64,000 nt of DNA, taken from NCBI GenBank assembly GCA_964016885.1, contig OZ024740.1:146878001-146942000 (forward strand), in the 5' to 3' direction. The DNA is from Eledone cirrhosa. Its lineage: Eukaryota. The notes beneath the pieces were generated by a model. The model worked only from the letters and a program-made list of their open reading frames with translations, was not told the DNA's origin and made no database searches. Made by a program: the position numbers and the translations under genes. The first letter of the stretch is position 1; each line of letters starts with the position of its first letter. Below are positions 37,060 to 49,434 of this stretch, in pieces.

Positions 37060-37577
37060 CATGATGGCTGCCCCCTCGTTATCGAGTATGACCATTGCAC
37101 GTGATACCATTATTAATAATTATTAATTAATTCTATCGTGCAATGTCTGTGCGTGAAGATATTTTTTAAAGTGAGGAAAGACTGTGCACTGAGCCAATCC
37201 CACAGTAGCTATAACCCCCCCAAAAGAAAACATCATCGGTAACTACTGAACCGCAGGTTTTATATCGGAGTTATCCCAGTTTCCTGAGTTGCCTTCTAGA
37301 AGAATGCCCTGACAAAGGCTAGGGGTCCTTCACTCCCAGTGGTTTAACCGCGTGGTACATGTGTATATACATATTTACACACTTTTGGATGGCCGTTGAC
37401 TCTTATGAGTTCTTCCGCCCTTTGTCAGGTTTTGTTTTTTGTCCTGAAGGGTGTCCAAAATCACCCTCCTCACCAAGTAAACTTGGTGGGGTTGTCGGTT
37501 TAGTCGCCGACGACCCGACCATGCGATAGGTTGTACTGGGTTACATGTTACCAGTAGCACTCAAGAGTGACCCGACA
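37060..37577 (-). mobile_element. RTE-derived bipartite element
   Basis: 5' end gtcgggtcactcttgagtg as at 6304; 3' end gcagccatcatgtatg. Confidence 0.7.
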
Positions 37578-37584
37578 TATATAT

Positions 37585-37637
<53 letters not shown>

Positions 37638-37638
37638 C

Positions 37639-39582
37639 ATGAACGGCGGATTCTTCGCTTGCGAAGATCAGTGGGAAGAATGTTTGTCCTGCCCCGTGCG
37701 GTGACACACCCAGAGGTGGCTATAGAGGCCAATCCTGGGCCAACAGGCTCTGGTACAGTTGGGACAAGTGTATATTTGGTCAGTTGGTGGATGGGTTGGT
37801 CGCGGACAGCTTTCTTCTTTGATGTTTGTCTTCAGCCGCCGCCTTCCTGCCTTCTTCAAAGCTGACTGCAACTGTTTTGATGGTCATTCTCTATTTTTCT
37901 CTGTCCTCTGCCAGGTGCTCCCATTCCGTGTGATCAATATTGCTTTGGATCAGCTGGCGCTTGAGTTGTCCCTTGAAGCGTTCCTTGGTTTCACTTGCCT
38001 TGATGTAGTTCGCTATAGAAAACTGCCTTTAGCCTCCTAAAGTCGTTCATCCGCGAAACATGACCTGCCCAGTAGAGATGTCTCAGCATGCTCTCAATGC
38101 TTGTGATATCGGTGCTCTTGAGAACTTCCTCGTTTGTTACATAGTCCTGCCAATCGATACCCATGATAGAGCGAAGGCATCGCTGATTGAATATTTCCAG
38201 TAGCTGGATCTGCTTCCAGTACAGGACCCAGTTTTCAGCTCCGTAGAGGAGGGTAATGACTACAACAGATTTGTAGACTGATCTTTGGGATGAGGCGTAG
38301 AGAGTGGTTCTGCCACACGCGTTACTGCAAGCGTCCGAATGAGCTGCTGGCCTGGGCAATGCGGTTGTCAATGTCCTTTGCTGAGGTAGCGTCGCTGGTA
38401 ATGACACTTCCCAAGTATGTGGAGTGCTCCACTGCACTGAGGGGATGTCCATCGATGAAAATTTGTGGAGGGTGGTACTCTTCATTTGTTGGCTTCTGGC
38501 ACAAGACTTCCGTTTTCTTGTGGCTGATGGTCAGGCCAAAGGTTTTGGTTGCCCGAGCAAAGCAGCTGACGGTTATCTGGAGATCTTCCTCCGTGGGCGC
38601 CAGAAGGGCACAGTCATTTGCGAACAGCAGATCCAGTTTCAGCCCTTCCAGTGTTTTGGTACGGGCGAGAAGTCGTTGCAAGTTGAACACTCCCATCAGT
38701 ACGGAACCGGATGTAAATGCCCTCCCACAGATCTTACTTTGCTTTGCGGAGCATCATACTAAATAAGATTGCAAATAAGTTTGGGGCAAGGACACAGCTT
38801 TGTTTCACGCCACTTGTTTCTCGATGGGGAAATCATTGGAGAGACCACCATTGTGCTTCACTGGTCCCTGCTGTCCTGTCTAGAGTTGCTTGAGCATGGT
38901 CAGGAAAGTTGGCAAACATCCAAGTCTGCTGATGATCTTCCACAATCCACCCCTACTGACTGTATCAAATACATTAATCAGTTCAATGAAGGCAGCGTAC
39001 AAGACCATATTTTGTTCTCTACATTTTTCTTGGATCTGGCAAAGGACAAAAATCATGTCTGTGGTTCCGCGGTTGGCAGGGAATCCACATTGGCTTTATG
39101 GGAGGACATCCTCTGAAATGGCTGGGATGGGTCTATTGAGCAGAACACGAGCTAGAAATTTGCCTGCGGTTGAGAGTAACGTGATGCCATGGTAGCTCGA
39201 GCAGTCTGAATTGTGGCCTTTGTTCTTGTAGAGGGACACTATCACGGCATTTTGGAGGTCTGTTGGTATCTCTCCCGTTGACCAGCACTGTACAAACAGG
39301 TCTGTGAGCTTCTCAAGGAGTGAACCACCGCCATACTTGCATTCCTCAGCGGAAATATCATCAACAGCAGTATCCCTGTTGTTATCGTGTGGGTGACTGC
39401 AGTCTTTACCTCCCCTCAAAAGAGGGTGGTGTATCCAGCTCACTTTTGACTTGCTGCTGTGAGATGTTGGTCGAAGTGTCTGCTACCGAGCGTTTATCTC
39501 CAAACAGATTGCCATAGTGTTCAGTCCAGCGGTTCAGGATGGCCTTTTTGTCTGTGAGTCTTGCTGACCCATTTAGTTTCTG
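37639..39582 (-). mobile_element. RTE/BovB-like LINE, 5'-truncated and degraded
   Basis: SLYKNKG..DCSSYHGITLLS, FNLQRL, LLFANDCAL, YLGS, LLYGAENW, WAGHVSRM, C-terminal CPNCTRACWPRIGLYSH; tail CATGTATGTAT. Confidence 0.9.
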
Positions 39583-39641
39583 AAGATCCCGTTAAGGGTG
39601 AAAGCAGCGATTCTTTGCTTAAATTTTAATCTGTTATTTTA

Positions 39642-39672
<31 letters not shown>

Positions 39673-40660
39673 GTGAAAAATGGAAAGGGAACAAAACAGA
39701 GAGGCAGTACGAACAAAGGTTTATTAGTTTCACGCTCTTGAGAGTGGGGTGGTGGTGGGGAACGACGTTTCGGGCATAAGTCCTTCTTCAGGCGAAAAGT
39801 GTGTGGGAAGAGAGTTCCAAGGGTGTGTAGGGGAGTGGGGGAGCGACATTTAGAAAAAAGGGGTGAGGGGAAACGGTAAAAATGAAAATAAATATAAAAA
39901 CATAATAAAAATAAAAATATACATGAAGATAAACAAGTGGTGGAAGGGTGTGGGGCGTGTAGGGGTGGTGGTGGGTGGAGTGGGGAGAGGGAGACATGGT
40001 GTCCGAGCGGGGAGGGCTGAAGATGGTGTGTGTGTGTAGGTGTACGTGTGTGTGTGTGTGTTTATGTGAATGTGAGAGTTGGTGGAAGAACGGGGTTCCA
40101 TGTTCAGGAAAAGGTGTGTGTGGGGTGGGGTGTAGGTCGATGTGTGTGTGCGTGTGTGGATGGGGAGGGGTCAGATAGGTGGGGGGGGGGATTCCGGAGG
40201 CTGTGTGTGTAAATATGTGGTGGTACGCACGTGTGTGTGGTGTTTATACGTATTGTGGATGTAGGTGGCGTGTGGGAAAAAAAATGTTGTGAGTGTATGT
40301 CCGTGGGTAAGTTCCTAAGGTAGTTCCATAGAGGGTGTGGTGGGATGCCGGATAATTTCCTTGTGATGGAGTTGATTCGTGGGAGCGATTTCCAATGTGT
40401 GTAATCCGTGGTTGGGTTGGTCGGAAGAGGGGAGATGTGGGGTGCGCGCGCAACAAGAAGTGGTCAGAGGGTCAAGGCAGGAGGAGGGTTGTGTGTCTGT
40501 GTGAGCGGAGAGCTGGTCAGAGATTCAGGGCAGCAGTAGGGGAGAATGGCAGGTGGAGAAAGTCGGTGTCAGTGTGTGCGGAGGTGCGGTGGACAGGGGA
40601 GAGGATGGGTAGGTGTGAAAGGTGGAGTGGGGAGGGGGGTATTAGTAGAGATGTTAGTGG
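39673..40660 (-). mobile_element. Degraded Penelope (Neptune-like) 3'/pLTR remnant
   Basis: C-rich minus strand ending in a minimal hammerhead and AATAAA, then (TA)n. Confidence 0.5.
39760..39795 (-). ncRNA. Minimal hammerhead ribozyme motif
   Basis: CUGAAGA-AGGAC-UUAU-GCCC-GAAA-CG-UC; one stem II mismatch and weak stem I. Confidence 0.55.
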
Positions 40661-40816
40661 GATGTGTGTGTGTGTGTATATATAATTGCAAGTCTGAAGA
40701 ACTATTAGATGATAAAATATATACAGTATTTCCTATATACTCCATTATATATATATATATACACAGAGGTATCCACAGTAAGTTGTGGGGTATTTATATA
40801 TATATATATATATATA

Positions 40817-41365
40817 AATGAAAATGTCTGTTTGTGTGTGTATGTGTGTGTCTGTTCCGCAGCAACTTTGTATCCGCAAGGCCGATTTTCAAAATGTATT
40901 TTGTAATCAACCACAAATTTAACAGGGCAGGTCGCCACGATATTGCGAATGATCGACTCCCCCTTTGTCCAGGTAAAAAAATCGATAAAACTGACTATAG
41001 GTACGATATTGCACAGAAAAAAATCGCTATATCTATAAAAATGAAAAAGAAAGAGTGAGAGTGAAAGAAACAGACAGACTAAAAGAGGGGGATAGCGGAA
41101 GAGAGAGAGAGAGACAGAGGGAGAGAGAGCGACAGACGCTGCGTTTGATACATCACAGTGGAAGAGGAGCAGGAAAGCTATAACTAATTAACATATGTGC
41201 GTGTCTGTGTGCGTGCGTGTGTGTGTGTGTGTTCGTGCAGCGTTCCAGTAAGAGTTAAATCTAATAACATGTGTGTGTACGTGCACACGTGCGTGCGTGA
41301 GTGTCCGTGCGTTTGAGCGTTTGCGTGCGTGTGTATATAATGTATGTATTTATATGTATGTATAT
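40817..41365 (+). repeat. About 550-bp segment (Helitron-5'-end-like) duplicated at 47515-48045
   Basis: Collinear tgtctgttccgcagcaa..ccgattttcaaaat..aatgatcgactcc..gacgctgcgtttgatacat..gagtgtccgtgcgtttgagcg. Confidence 0.85.
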
Positions 41366-41415
41366 ATATATATATATATATGTATATAATATATATATAT
41401 AATGTAGATCTTTTC

Positions 41416-43845
41416 TTCTCTAAATGACATACCTCTACCTAAGAATAAGGACTATCTCAAACAACTCATTGAGAAATCTGACTCCTTTATAAGAAGACTT
41501 AGATGGCGTGCTTTCCATTTCGATAGAAAATCAGATGAAAAAACAAATAAATCCAACTTCGATATGATCCAAGAAAAATCCACCTAACAACAAACTATTA
41601 ATGGAATTTGAAAATGAAATAATATCAATTATACAAAACATCAAATTCAAGAAAAACCAATTTGTAGGCCAGGAATACCTTAAAGGCCTTAAGAATAATA
41701 TAGAAAATCTTGAAAAAACTGAGAAAATTCTCGTTAAATCTGACAAAACCAACAATCTATAGGGAATGTAAAAGGACGAATATAATAATCTTATATTGAA
41801 GGAACTAAGGAAAAACTACAAAAGAACAACCAATGATGACTTTGAAATGCTAAATAGAGAAGCTTCTGATATAATTCATAAATTAGGCATCGAAAATAGG
41901 ACCGAACCCTTTATACATAGAAAACCAAAAATTAATTTGAAAGACCACAAAAGAAACTTTGAAATAGAATTACCAGTTAGACTTATAACACCATCTAAAT
42001 CAGACTTAAGCATAGTTAGTAAACATATATTAGATAGAATCATACCGCAACTTAAAGAAATATCTTACTTAAAACTATGAATGGTACTAATGAAGTTATA
42101 GATTGGTTCAATAACAAAATATAAGCATAACAAAAAATTCATTCAATTGGATATTGCAAATTACTACTCATCTATCACTCCTAATTTATTTAATAAAGCC
42201 CTTATCTACGCATCTAAATATACTGATTTATCTAGTGATGAAATGCATATCATTTTAACTGCACGGAAAACCTTAATTAATTCAACGACCAGAGCAGATA
42301 GAGATAATAATTTCGATATCACTATGGGGTCATCGGACTCGGCGCAAATAACAGATCTTGTGGGGCTTTTTATTAACAATACATTACATAGAAAACTACC
42401 GGAGATGACCGGTGGTTTATATCGTGATGATATGCTGCTGTTAATTGAAAATAATAATAATTGTGAAATCAATAGAAAAAGAAAATCAATAATACAATTT
42501 TTTAATAGCTATAATCTTAAGTTAGAAATAGAGAATAATTATAAAATTGTTAACTTTTTAGACGTAACATTAAACCTTAATACTGGGCTATACTATCCAT
42601 TCGATAAAATTAATGAGAACTTAAACTATGTTAGCTTTATCTCTAATCATCCTAGATCCGTTAAGAACACTATCGTAAATTCTGTACAACAACGTATTTC
42701 TCGAATCTCAGCGAATAAAAATATTATTTGAAGATAAGGCACAATATTATAACGAAGCTTTAAGTAGAGCAGGCTATAATAATTGTTTCTATTTTAGGCA
42801 CAAGGCCAGCAATTACCCAGTGTATTACTGGTACTTTATTTTATCGACCCCGTAAGGATGAAAGGCAAAGTCAACCTCGGCGGTATTTGAACTCAGAATG
42901 GCAAGGGGCGTAACTCTATGCGTCAAAGCATGGTGTCCGACCCTCTACCGATACTGCCAATTCAGAGCTGGCTATAATTGTTTCTACTTTTGGCACAAGG
43001 CCATTAGAGCTGGCTATAATAATGAAATTAAATACATCGACAATAATGATAAGGCAAATAACCATAATATTAACCATAATATTAATTATAATTATAATAA
43101 GAAACCTAGCATAAACTCTAAAACTAGCAGAAGAAATAGAACTAGAAACATAATCTGGTATGCTGCTCCATTTTCACTAAGTATTAAAACACCTTTAGCT
43201 AAACTATTTTTAAAGCTCTTGATAAATGTTTTCCCAATGCCCATAGATATTATTCAATCTTTAACAGACATACAATTAAACTATCTTACTCTACTACTAT
43301 GAACCTAGCACAAAATATAAATAGAATCAATAATAGAAATCTAAACCTTAACCAGAATAGTACTAATACCTCTAGCAATATCCAATATAATAATACTGTT
43401 CCGAATAATATAAACTCTGATAAATGTAATTGTAGAATTAAATCTAACTGTCCTTTAAAAAATAACTGTTTAGTTAAAAATGTGGTCTATAAATGCAATG
43501 TCAAAACCAATGATAATATTTTTAACTATGTTGGCTCAACTTCTATAGACTTTAAATCTCGTTTCAATAACCATAAATGCTCGTTTAATAATATTGGTAA
43601 ACAATTTTCAACTTCTCTATCCAACTTGATATGGAACTTAAAATCCAAAAATAGAGACTATTCTTTATATTGGAATATAATTTCATAAGCACCTGCTTAT
43701 AAAAACACAGCTTTATCCAACTTTTGCAATTTGTGTGTTGGAGAAATTTTCTTCATACTTAAATGTAAGAACTCCATTAATTTACGTAACAATTTATTTG
43801 GTTCTTGTAAACATCGCCAAAACTCAACTTTTAGATCTATATATA
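41416..43845 (+). pseudogene. PLE RT-GIY-YIG polyprotein
   Basis: SLNDIPLP..FIRRLRWRAF, KSDKTNNL, DIANYYSSIT, TMGSSDSAQITDLVGL, GGLYRDD, NFLDVTLNL, SNHP, RNIIWY, CNCRIKSNCPLKNNC, VVYKC..YVGST..RFNNH, CNLC; stops and frameshifts. Confidence 0.9.
42784..43003 (-). mobile_element. Meta-like SINE plus a 25-nt second 3'-end fragment, with triplicated target site
   Basis: agagcWggctataat at 42766, 42964 and 43006. Confidence 0.8.
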
Positions 43846-45088
43846 AAATATAATTACACGTTTAATCTTCTCTACATAATGTTTACTTTATCCAAACACC
43901 TATAACCTCATTTCTTAAATTATATGCATATATGTTCATAAATTCTAAATCTTTAAATTTAAATTTAATGTAATTCTAATTTTAATATCTTTCACTTCTT
44001 AAATATATATAATTTACTTCTTAAATCTTTACTTTTTAATATTTTTACTTCTTAAATATCTTTCTTTTTTTATCTTTATTTATCTTACTTCCAAAATATC
44101 TCATAATCTTTTTAGAAAAATTACTTAAAATTTTTTTTTAAATTACTTATTTCCAAAAATACTAATTTTTGGGCCACCTTAATATTTTAAATATAGTTTT
44201 TAGTATTTTTCTAATATTTTTAAATATTTTAAAGTATTTTTTAAATATTGTTTAATATTTATTTATATTTTTGAATAATTTTAGATTTTTAATTATATTT
44301 CCTGAATAATTTTAGGTTTTTAATTAATTTTAAACATATTTTAAATGTTTTAAAAAGGTTTTTGAATATTTTCAGAGTCTTTTGGGAATTTTTTAAAAAT
44401 CTCTTGGAAAGTTTTTCCAGGAATTTTTAAAAATTTTGTCTAGAAATATTAATATTTTATAGTCTTAATTTTTAAATGGTTTTAGTATTTTCTTATACTT
44501 TTAATTAATTTTTTAATTTTTTTGTATTTTTTTGTAATTATTTAATATTAGAGTTATAACCAATAGCTAACTCTGGCTAAATAAATCTTTAAACATATCT
44601 TTGTCAAAATTATCTCATAATAACTAATAAATAAACAAAACTGGGATTTTCAATATTTTTCCAATGTAAAACATTAAACATATAAGTAATCTTATTGACT
44701 CAGTTAATTTAATTTAAATACTTACACTAAATATAAACTAGTATCCCTCATAATTTATCATCTATAACATGATATACCCATCTATCCACTCATATATCTA
44801 TCCTTATATCTACATTTTATCCTATGCTTCTACTTCATATTTATTTAAATCTATTTTTAATATATTTTAATATATTTTAATATATTTTGATATATTTTAA
44901 TATATATTAATATATTTTAATATATCTTTATTTTTTCTATATATCTAATTTTCTATATACTTATAATAGTAAATAAATATTTATTATAATAGAATTCTAA
45001 CAATTATTAGTAAATATACGTAACATAAATATGTAACATTGCAAGATTGCAAGATATACGTAACATAAATATGTAACACTGCAAGATT

Positions 45089-46978
45089 GGACCACTCTTC
45101 CACACGGACGGTTCATTAACCGAAAATCCCCAAGAGATATGTGAAATACTGAACGAACAGTACAAAAGTGTCTTCACATGTCCACTGAGGCACATGCAAA
45201 TAACAAAGCCAGAGGAGTTCTTTGATGCCACAACACTACATCAAGAAATGGCAACCATCAACCACATAGACATAACGGAGGAGGATGTGGTGTACGCCAT
45301 TGATGAAATTAGAACAGACTCGGCTGCTGGACCTGATGGATTCCCAGCAGTTCTCCTAAAAATATGTAAGCGGGCCTTAGCAACTCCACTGAAGATGCTC
45401 TTCAGAAGCTCCTTGGCTAGCGGTGTACTACCCAGGGAGCTGAAAGAAGGCACAATATGCCCTATCCATAAAGGAGGTAGTAGAGCGGAGGCCAAGAACT
45501 ATAGGCCAGTCTCCCTGACGTCGCATATCAGTAAGGTCATGGAGCGAGTCGTCAGAAAGAAACTAATCACTTTCCTCGAAGAAAATGACCGCCTGACTAG
45601 CACGCAACATGGCTTCCGCCCAGGAAGAAGCTGCCTTACACAGCTGCTACATCACTACGACTGGGTACTGAGACAACTACTAGACAGCTCACATGTGGAC
45701 GTGATATATCTTGACTTTGCGAAGGCCTTTGACAAGGTCGACCACGGAATGATATGTCACAAACTACACGGACTCGGCATAACTGGAAAAGTAGGTGAGT
45801 GGCTGCATGGCTTCCTAAGGGACAGAAGCCAGGCAGTCGCAGCAAATGGGGCCCTCTCGAGGGAAACACCGATAACAAGTGGGGTGCCCCAGGGGACAGT
45901 CCTGGGACCACTACTGTTTTTGGTGGCTCTCTCGGACATGCCCTCTGTGGTGCATGCAACAACATCCCTCACTAGCTATGCTGATGACACTAAGGTAGCA
46001 CAGGCAATCAAAAACCCGGCTGACGCTGCCCTCTTACAGCAGGATCTGGATGCCATATACAGATGGGCTGAAGAAAACAACATGCAGTTTAATGCTGGCA
46101 AATTCCAAGCCCTACAATACAAACCTGCAAACACAAACACAAATATAGCGGAACACAGCTACACAGGACCAGGAGGGACCGATATCCCCGTGTCAAAATC
46201 GATACGAGACCTGGGCATAGACATGAGCGATGATGCATCTTTTTCTTCACACATCATGAAGGTGGCGAGAACATGTAGACGATTCGCTGGCTGGATCTTG
46301 AGGACTTTCCTTACAAGAGATCGAGACACCATGTTGACACTGTGGAGGACTTTTGTCCTAAGCCGCCTGGACTACTGCTCCCAGCTGTGGTCACCCCATA
46401 GTGTCAAACTAACCACGGAGCTTGAGGCAATCCAGCGAAGCTACACCAAGAGGATTGCCAAGATGAGGGAGACAAGCTACTGGGAGAGGCTAAAGGAACT
46501 GAACCTCTACTCCTTGGAGCGAAGACGGGAGAGATACGCAGTGATCTACATGTGGAAAACTCTGGAGGGACTAGCACCAAACTTTGGCATTGGGAGCTGG
46601 ACCAACCGTCGAACAGGACGTCACTGTGTGGTGCCAAAGGTCCCGTCTTCCACATCTAGAATAAGGAGCAGGTATTGCAATAGCCTGGGATTCAAGGGCC
46701 CTCAACTCTTCAACAGGCTGCCGAGGCATCTGTGAGACTTGCATGACGTGGAGGTGGATGTCTTTAAGAAACATCTCGACACCTTGTTATCCAGGATCCC
46801 GGATGAGCCCACAGCAAGACACGAGGGAAACCTAAGGGCAGCAGCAACAAACTCCCTCCTACACCAGTGGCCAACCTATACAGGCTGGAGATAAAATGTG
46901 TAGCAACAAGGGCGGTGCCCCAGCATGGCCTCAGCCGGATGGCTGAAACAGGTAAAAGAGTAAAAGAGTAAAAGAGTA
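45089..46978 (+). mobile_element. CR1-clade LINE, 5'-truncated, (AAGAGTA)n tail
   Basis: Long RT frame: AAGPDG, NYRPVSLTS, QHGFRPGRSC, YLDFAKAFDKVDH, SGVPQGTVLGP, YADD, SYWERLKELNLYSLERRR; premature TGA at 46733, frame continues to about 46894. Confidence 0.9.
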
Positions 46979-47285
46979 ACATAAACATAAGACTTATTTA
47001 CGTTATATGAACTCATCCTCGGATAAGCTTCTTTCTTCGTTCTTTCTTCACTTTATTTCTTCACTCTACTTCTATATATACTAATTTTTTTTTTCTTTTC
47101 TTTTCTCTCTCTTCTTCCCACAGCGTAATTTAAATAAACGGTTGTTTTTCAATTTTTCGGACATTCATTTGCATATTCACTCAGAACTTTGAATTACCCT
47201 CAATAAAATTTCTCACTATCCAACGAATTTTCAACCGTCAAGGTTGTTTTCCACGGTTATGTCACTATTTATAAAACAAATTTTG

Positions 47286-47350
47286 TATTTTATCTGATGA
47301 AAGCGCACCAAGACTGACTTGGTTGCCCTTGAAATATATATAATAAAATA
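47286..47350 (+). ncRNA. Minimal type I hammerhead ribozyme in the PLE pLTR
   Basis: UAUUUUAU-CUGAUGA(47294-47300)-AAGCGCACCAAG acuga CUUGGUUGCCCUU-GAAA(47331-47334)-UAUAUA-UA-AUAAAAUA. Confidence 0.8.
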
Positions 47351-47514
47351 ATTATGGTTTTATAAATATAGTTTCCATTTATTAATATATTGAATAATTA
47401 CTCCAGAAACTGTTGAGTACTCTATATAAGTTATAAACTTTTAAGTTTGTTGGAATCCCAACAAATTAAATATAACTTCTACATATATATATCATGTATG
47501 TATTTATATGTATG

Positions 47515-48041
47515 AACATGTCTGTCTGTCTGTGTGTGTGTGTCTGTTCCGCAGCAATTTTTTATCCGCAAGGCCGATTTTCAAAATGTTTTTTGTAATC
47601 AACCACAAATTAATCAGGGCAGGTCGGCACGACATTGCGAATGATCGACTCCCCCCTTTGTCCAGGTAAAAAAAAATCGATAAAACTGACTATAGGTACG
47701 ACTTTGCACAGAAAAAATCTCTATATCTATAAAAATGAAAAAGAAAGAGTGAGAGTGAAAGAAACAGACAGACTAAAAGAGGGGGATAGCGGGAGAGAGA
47801 GAGCGACAGACGCTGCGTTTGATACATGACAGTGAAAGAGGAGCAGGAAAGCTATAACTAATTAACATGTGTCCGTGTGTGTGTGCGTGCGCGTACGTGC
47901 ACACGTGCGTGCGTGAGTGTCCGTACGTTTGAGCGTTTGCGTGCGTGAGTGTCCGTGCGTTTGAGCGTTTGCGTGCGTGAGTGTCCGTGCGTTTGGCGAT
48001 TGCGTGCGTGAGTGTGTGTATATAATGTATGTATTTATATG

Positions 48042-48045
<4 letters not shown>
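47515..48045 (+). repeat. Second copy of the 40817-41365 segment
   Basis: Collinear with 40817-41365; internal 28-bp tandem gcgtgagtgtccgtgcgtttgagcgttt is expanded here. Confidence 0.85.
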
Positions 48046-48111
<66 letters not shown>

Positions 48112-48536
48112 CATATAAATACATACATTATATACACACACTCACGTATATATATATGAAAAATAGAGAAATTGATGTAAGCAAAATGCCAACAATAATT
48201 CAGACATATAAGTGACTATACCATCAAGATGAAAAAATGTTTAATATGGGAAAAGTAATACAATCTTAATTTAAAACAAATCAAGAAGAGAAATTTTATC
48301 CTCAGACTTTGTGTAAGTTGGGGAAAAAGGCTGTACAATCTTAATTCAAAATAAAATCAAGAAGAAATACTTAACCGTCAATTTGGGGAAAACTACAAAT
48401 GCACTATATAGTCTTAAAAGACTATTTCACGAAACTTTTCAGTGTGGTTATTCACGGTGGGGGGCCGATCTTCAGTAGTGCTCAACACATTAAGTAGATC
48501 TTCACTGCTAAAATATATAATGTATGTATTTATATG

Positions 48537-48598
<62 letters not shown>

Positions 48599-48604
48599 AT
48601 GTAT

Positions 48605-48630
<26 letters not shown>

Positions 48631-48636
<6 letters not shown>

Positions 48637-49344
48637 GAAAAATATGGGTGAGAAGAATACTGCTGGTTGCACATGGATAACATGTTATAAAATGAGTCCC
48701 TCATCAGTGATTTACCAAACGATCATGGGTATTTCATCGCATTAAAATCATATACCTCACGTTGGAGCGATAATAACTAAAATAAGTTATTAGGACAATA
48801 GAAACGCGCAAAGCGAGTGAGACAAGTAAACAACACAGGTTGAAGCTAACCGAAGATGGAAATAAACACAAGCAACATAGTTATTCTTTCAGCATAAGCT
48901 GTGTGAATATATGAGCGAGTCAGAAAACAGACCTTTCGCTAGTGAATCCGGTGTTAGAAAGAATGAAAACCGTTTTCCCAGCGAACGGGAGGAAGAAAAA
49001 AGGGGAGAAACAGGGACTGAGTGAGTGGGAGTGCGAGGAAGAGGTCAGTAGAGAGAGAGAGAGTTAACTGACATGGCAGAGGGGATGAAAGAAAGTAAGA
49101 GAAACAGAGAGAACGAGGGAGCAGTAAGAGAGAAAGAGAGAAACACAGAATTGCAGTTTGGGTAAATATATGAAAAATATGGGTGAGAAGAATACTGCTG
49201 GTTGCACATGGATAACATGTTATAAAATGAGTCCCTCATCAGTGATTTACCAAACGATCATGGGTATTTCATCGCATTAAAAATCATATACCTCACGTTG
49301 GAGCGATAATAACTAAAATAAGTTATTAGGACAATAGAAACGCG
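48631..49344. repeat. X-Y-X structure: 178-bp direct repeats at 48631-48808 and 49166-49344
   Basis: Copies identical except one extra A; bounded by (TA)n on both sides. Confidence 0.9.
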
Positions 49345-49354
49345 TATTTATATG

Positions 49355-49434
<80 letters not shown>

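Larger units (their letters stand above)
41416..47482 (+). mobile_element. Penelope-like element (probably Nematis-like), near full length, with nested SINE and CR1
   Basis: RT plus C-terminal GIY-YIG, long AT-rich 3' region, pLTR with hammerhead, ends in (TA)n. Confidence 0.9.

Noticed and set aside
40692-40745. Another hammerhead or pLTR remnant (CTGAAGA...taaaatatatac...tactcca)
   Set aside because: GAAA core and stems too degenerate to support a call
42078-42080. Selenocysteine recoding of in-frame TGA (Naiad-like PLE)
   Set aside because: The TGA aligns with Trp (LWNN) in the PLE at 1-1243; the endonuclease is C-terminal and other stops and frameshifts show ordinary decay
48690-48745. 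Hammerhead (retrozyme) in the X repeats: minus-strand CTGATGA with nearby GAAA
   Set aside because: Stems I and II cannot be formed and the UH cleavage site is missing
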